A DNA stretch of 17,856 nt, taken from contig CAZBKY010000013.1 in assembly GCA_964492595.1 (NCBI GenBank), positions 1-17,856 of the forward strand, read 5' to 3'. Position 1 is the first letter of the stretch; each line of letters opens with the position of its first letter. The notes beneath the pieces were generated by a model. It was not told where the DNA came from. It saw nothing but the letters and a program-made list of their open reading frames with translations, and made no database searches. Below are positions 14,929-17,856 of this stretch, piece by piece. The position numbers and the translations under genes were made by a program. This DNA comes from an uncultured Muribaculaceae bacterium (lineage in GTDB: Bacteria > Bacillota_I > Bacilli_A > RF39 > UBA660).

Positions 14929-17832
14929 TTATTTTAAAATCTCTATTTTATTTAATACCAATTGATATTTATTCAATCTTCTTTCAACCTTGCAATAAGC
15001 ATTTATAACTATCATTTTCCTTAATGAGTTATATATCTCTTTATAATAAATTGGGAATACTACTCCATCTATACATCCATATTCATCACTTAGTTTTAAA
15101 AATGCCATTTTATCATTATTTTTAGTTTTTATTTCTTTAATACTCTCAATTAATAAAATCATTCTTACATTCTTATCAAAATATTTACTTATATTTAATA
15201 TATTTATATCTCTTTTATATTTTGTAACAGGATGATTAGAAAAATAAAATCCTAAGAGTTCACTTTCACTCTCTAATAAATATGAATCATCATATTCATC
15301 AAATAAGATAATTTCAGGTATTATTACATTATAATCACCAAGTTCCTGACATAATAAAGAATAATTTATTATTTCTTCTAAATTTTCTATTAATGTTTTT
15401 TTATTATAATTAAATTTATCGAAAGCTCCTATCAATACCAAAGATTCCAATACTTTTTTATTAACTGCATTATTATAACACCTTACAGAAAAATCTAAAA
15501 AATCTTTAAAAATTTCATTATTCCTTTCCTTTAAAATCCTTTTTATTGCAATATCTCCTACATTTTTAACAATACCAAGAGGCAAAATGATTTTATTGTT
15601 TTTATTGTAATATATATCTGCACTTTCATTTATATCTATCTCACCGAAATTTAAACCAAGTATTTTTGACTCATCTATATACTCTTTTGTCTTATTTCCC
15701 CTACCAATTTCCTTATTTAACAGATTAATCATAAATATATCTTTATAATTTGCCTTTAAATAGGCCATCTGATAACCAACCATAGCGTAAGCAACTGAAT
15801 GAGATTTATTAAATCCATAGTTTGCGAATTTAATTATCAGATTATAAACTTCATTAATATCATTTTTATTAAATCCAAGTTTTAAACTTCTTTTTTCAAA
15901 ATTAGTCCTTTCTTTTAATAATACTACTTCATCTTTACTTTTAATTGCTGATCTTATGATGTCAGCTTCAGCATACGTATAACCCGCCATTACATTTAAT
16001 ATTTCAAGGAGCTGTTCTTGATAGATGATTATGCCTAAAGTATCTTTTAAAATACCTTCTAATTCTTTAACAGGATAAGTAACACTCTCTTTTCCTTCTC
16101 TTCTTCTTAGATAAGTTGGAATCATATTCATGGGTCCGGGTCTAAACATTGCAATTACTAAAACCAAGTCATCAAAATTCTTAACATTCATTTTACGTAA
16201 TAGATTTCTGATGCCTGAACTTTCATACTGAAATATTCCAGTAGTTTCTGCTTTATTAAACATCTCAATTGTTTTTGAATCATCCAAAGGGATATCATTT
16301 AGATTAATAAATTCTTTCGTATCTTCTTTTATTTTATTCAAAACTTCATCAATTATAGAAAGATTTCTGATACTAAGTAGATCTATTTTTAATATACCCA
16401 ACTCTTCAATATGTTTCTTGTCATAGCCAACTAGTATATTATTTCCGCTTTTAAATAATGGAACTTTATTAGTTAGAGGTTCACTATCTATAACAATTCC
16501 TGCAGCATGCACACTAGCATGCTTTTTTAATCCCTCCAATTCTTCACTTATATCCAGAAGTTTAACATACTCTTTATTAAATGAAATTAGAGATTTATAT
16601 TTTGAATTGCTCTCTAAATCATATAAACTATCTTTATCTTTTAATAAGCTAAGTAAAGTATCCATTTTCTTTACACTTATATTTAAAACTCTGCCAACAT
16701 CTCTTAGAACTTGTTTTGGAAGTAATGTACTGAAAGTAATAATATTGGCAACTTTATCATAACCATATTTAACTCTGACATATTCTATTAATTCTTCTCT
16801 TTTAATATCGCTTATATCTATATCTATATCGGGCATACTTAAGCGATTAGGATTTAAAAATCTTTCAAAAAGCAAATTATATTTTAATGGGTCTATATCT
16901 ATTATTCCAAGACTATAGCTTACTAAACTTCCCACGGCACTTCCTCTTCCGGGCCCGACATAGATATTATTTTTCTTGGCATACAAAACGATATCATAAA
17001 CTATTAGAAAATAATCTACATAACCAGTACTTTCAATTATTTCTAGCTCATAGAGTAATCTTTTTTTATATTTGTCTGGAACTTTATCATTTAATCTTTT
17101 TTCAAGTCCTCTCTTACACAAACTTTTTAAATATTCTATTGAATTAGATTTATATTTAGGTAATTTAAATGAAAATTTAGGGAGTTCTAAATTAATTTGT
17201 TTAATAAATTCTTCATTAGTTTTTATGTCAAAATCATTTATTTTTAAATTAAAACAATTGTTTTCAAATTTATATTCATTTATATCATCTATAGTTTTAC
17301 CATCTTTAATCATATATAAATATTTTAAATATTCATAATCAGATTCATTAAAGCATAAAACTTCATTCATATATAAAATATTATCCGTTATAATCAATGC
17401 TTCTTTTTTCTCCAGTTCATTTTTATAACTTAGGTACACATTATCAAATATTCTGGATAACAATTCATAGTTGCTGTTACTTTTATTTATTAAAACACAT
17501 ATTAAATCGTTACTGTTTTTTTCAATGTAATCAAAATTTAATATATTAATATTTTTTTCCGACACTATTTTGCATAAATTCTGGTAACCTTTAAAATTTT
17601 TAGCATATAATATAAATCGTATGTTTTCTACTTCTATATCTATACCGACAATAACTTTAATATTATTCTTTTTACATAATTCATAAAACTCTAAAAACGA
17701 GAATAAATTGCTATCAGTAACACCTAATACATTAATATTATTTTGTAATGCATAATTAATTAAATCATCTATTTTTATAATACTAGATAATAATTCATAA
17801 TTGGTTTTTATATTTAATGGCATTATACTCAT
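14929..17832 (-). CDS. dnaE: DNA polymerase III alpha subunit, DnaE type (967 aa)
   Basis: The layout is an N-terminal PHP-like region, then the Pol III alpha core (GPGRGSAVGSLVSYSLGI, MPDIDIDI, FNKSHSVAYAMVGYQMAYLK), then a C-terminal OB fold. The start is either ATG at 17832 or the Met at codon 4. Confidence 0.9.
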   Translation of the reverse strand: MSIMPLNIKTNYELLSSIIKIDDLINYALQNNINVLGVTDSNLFSFLEFYELCKKNNIKVIVGIDIEVENIRFILYAKNFKGYQNLCKIVSEKNINILNFDYIEKNSNDLICVLINKSNSNYELLSRIFDNVYLSYKNELEKKEALIITDNILYMNEVLCFNESDYEYLKYLYMIKDGKTIDDINEYKFENNCFNLKINDFDIKTNEEFIKQINLELPKFSFKLPKYKSNSIEYLKSLCKRGLEKRLNDKVPDKYKKRLLYELEIIESTGYVDYFLIVYDIVLYAKKNNIYVGPGRGSAVGSLVSYSLGIIDIDPLKYNLLFERFLNPNRLSMPDIDIDISDIKREELIEYVRVKYGYDKVANIITFSTLLPKQVLRDVGRVLNISVKKMDTLLSLLKDKDSLYDLESNSKYKSLISFNKEYVKLLDISEELEGLKKHASVHAAGIVIDSEPLTNKVPLFKSGNNILVGYDKKHIEELGILKIDLLSIRNLSIIDEVLNKIKEDTKEFINLNDIPLDDSKTIEMFNKAETTGIFQYESSGIRNLLRKMNVKNFDDLVLVIAMFRPGPMNMIPTYLRRREGKESVTYPVKELEGILKDTLGIIIYQEQLLEILNVMAGYTYAEADIIRSAIKSKDEVVLLKERTNFEKRSLKLGFNKNDINEVYNLIIKFANYGFNKSHSVAYAMVGYQMAYLKANYKDIFMINLLNKEIGRGNKTKEYIDESKILGLNFGEIDINESADIYYNKNNKIILPLGIVKNVGDIAIKRILKERNNEIFKDFLDFSVRCYNNAVNKKVLESLVLIGAFDKFNYNKKTLIENLEEIINYSLLCQELGDYNVIIPEIILFDEYDDSYLLESESELLGFYFSNHPVTKYKRDINILNISKYFDKNVRMILLIESIKEIKTKNNDKMAFLKLSDEYGCIDGVVFPIYYKEIYNSLRKMIVINAYCKVERRLNKYQLVLNKIEILK

Positions 17833-17856
17833 AATACATTCTCTTTCTATAAATAA

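Larger units (their letters stand above)
12328..16115. repeat. Tandem duplication, unit 2 (3,788 bp)
   Basis: See unit 1. At the right boundary 16115 (g) = 12327, while 16116 (t) differs from 12328 (a). I see no microhomology at the junction. Confidence 0.9.

Noticed and set aside
8540-16115. The idea that the 3.8-kb duplication was produced by the DGR RT. Its 3' end in the RNA sense lies in the spacer downstream of the TR, where priming is expected, and its 5' end falls at an arbitrary point in dnaE, which resembles a run-on cDNA.
   Set aside because: DGR RTs misincorporate at template adenines, yet the two units appear identical at every position, including all A positions in this A-rich sequence. 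An error-prone cDNA origin is therefore very unlikely. Unequal recombination, replication slippage or an artefact fits better.

Overview
This is a very AT-rich bacterial chromosomal segment, probably from a low-GC Firmicutes-like organism. It uses the standard genetic code, since TGA clearly terminates nifS and the mutS-like gene. Almost everything is on the minus strand. Read 5'->3' on the minus strand, the order is dnaE, then a diversity-generating retroelement (DGR), then housekeeping genes: cdsA, rseP, a hypothetical gene, tRNA-Arg(CCU), uppS, iscR-nifS-nifU, tRNA-Thr(GGU) and a type IV pilin-like gene. The DGR is the key system. It has a 648-aa secreted target protein whose last ~45 codons form a variable repeat (VR). 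A 134-nt template repeat (TR) differs from the VR at 16 positions, and every one is an adenine on the TR coding strand. Downstream lies an overlapping operon of a mini-MutS-like protein (MutS domain I plus the MutS C-terminal helix motif), an Avd-like four-helix-bundle protein, and a DGR-type reverse transcriptase (IGNxxSQ and YMDD motifs). The second striking feature is an apparently perfect 3,788-bp direct tandem duplication (8540..12327 = 12328..16115). It duplicates the TR, the complete target gene with an identical VR, and the 3' 40% of dnaE, leaving a 5'-truncated dnaE fragment between the two target copies. No CRISPR array, transposase or phage structural gene is visible. All calls come from reading the sequence and ORF translations by eye; no searches were run.
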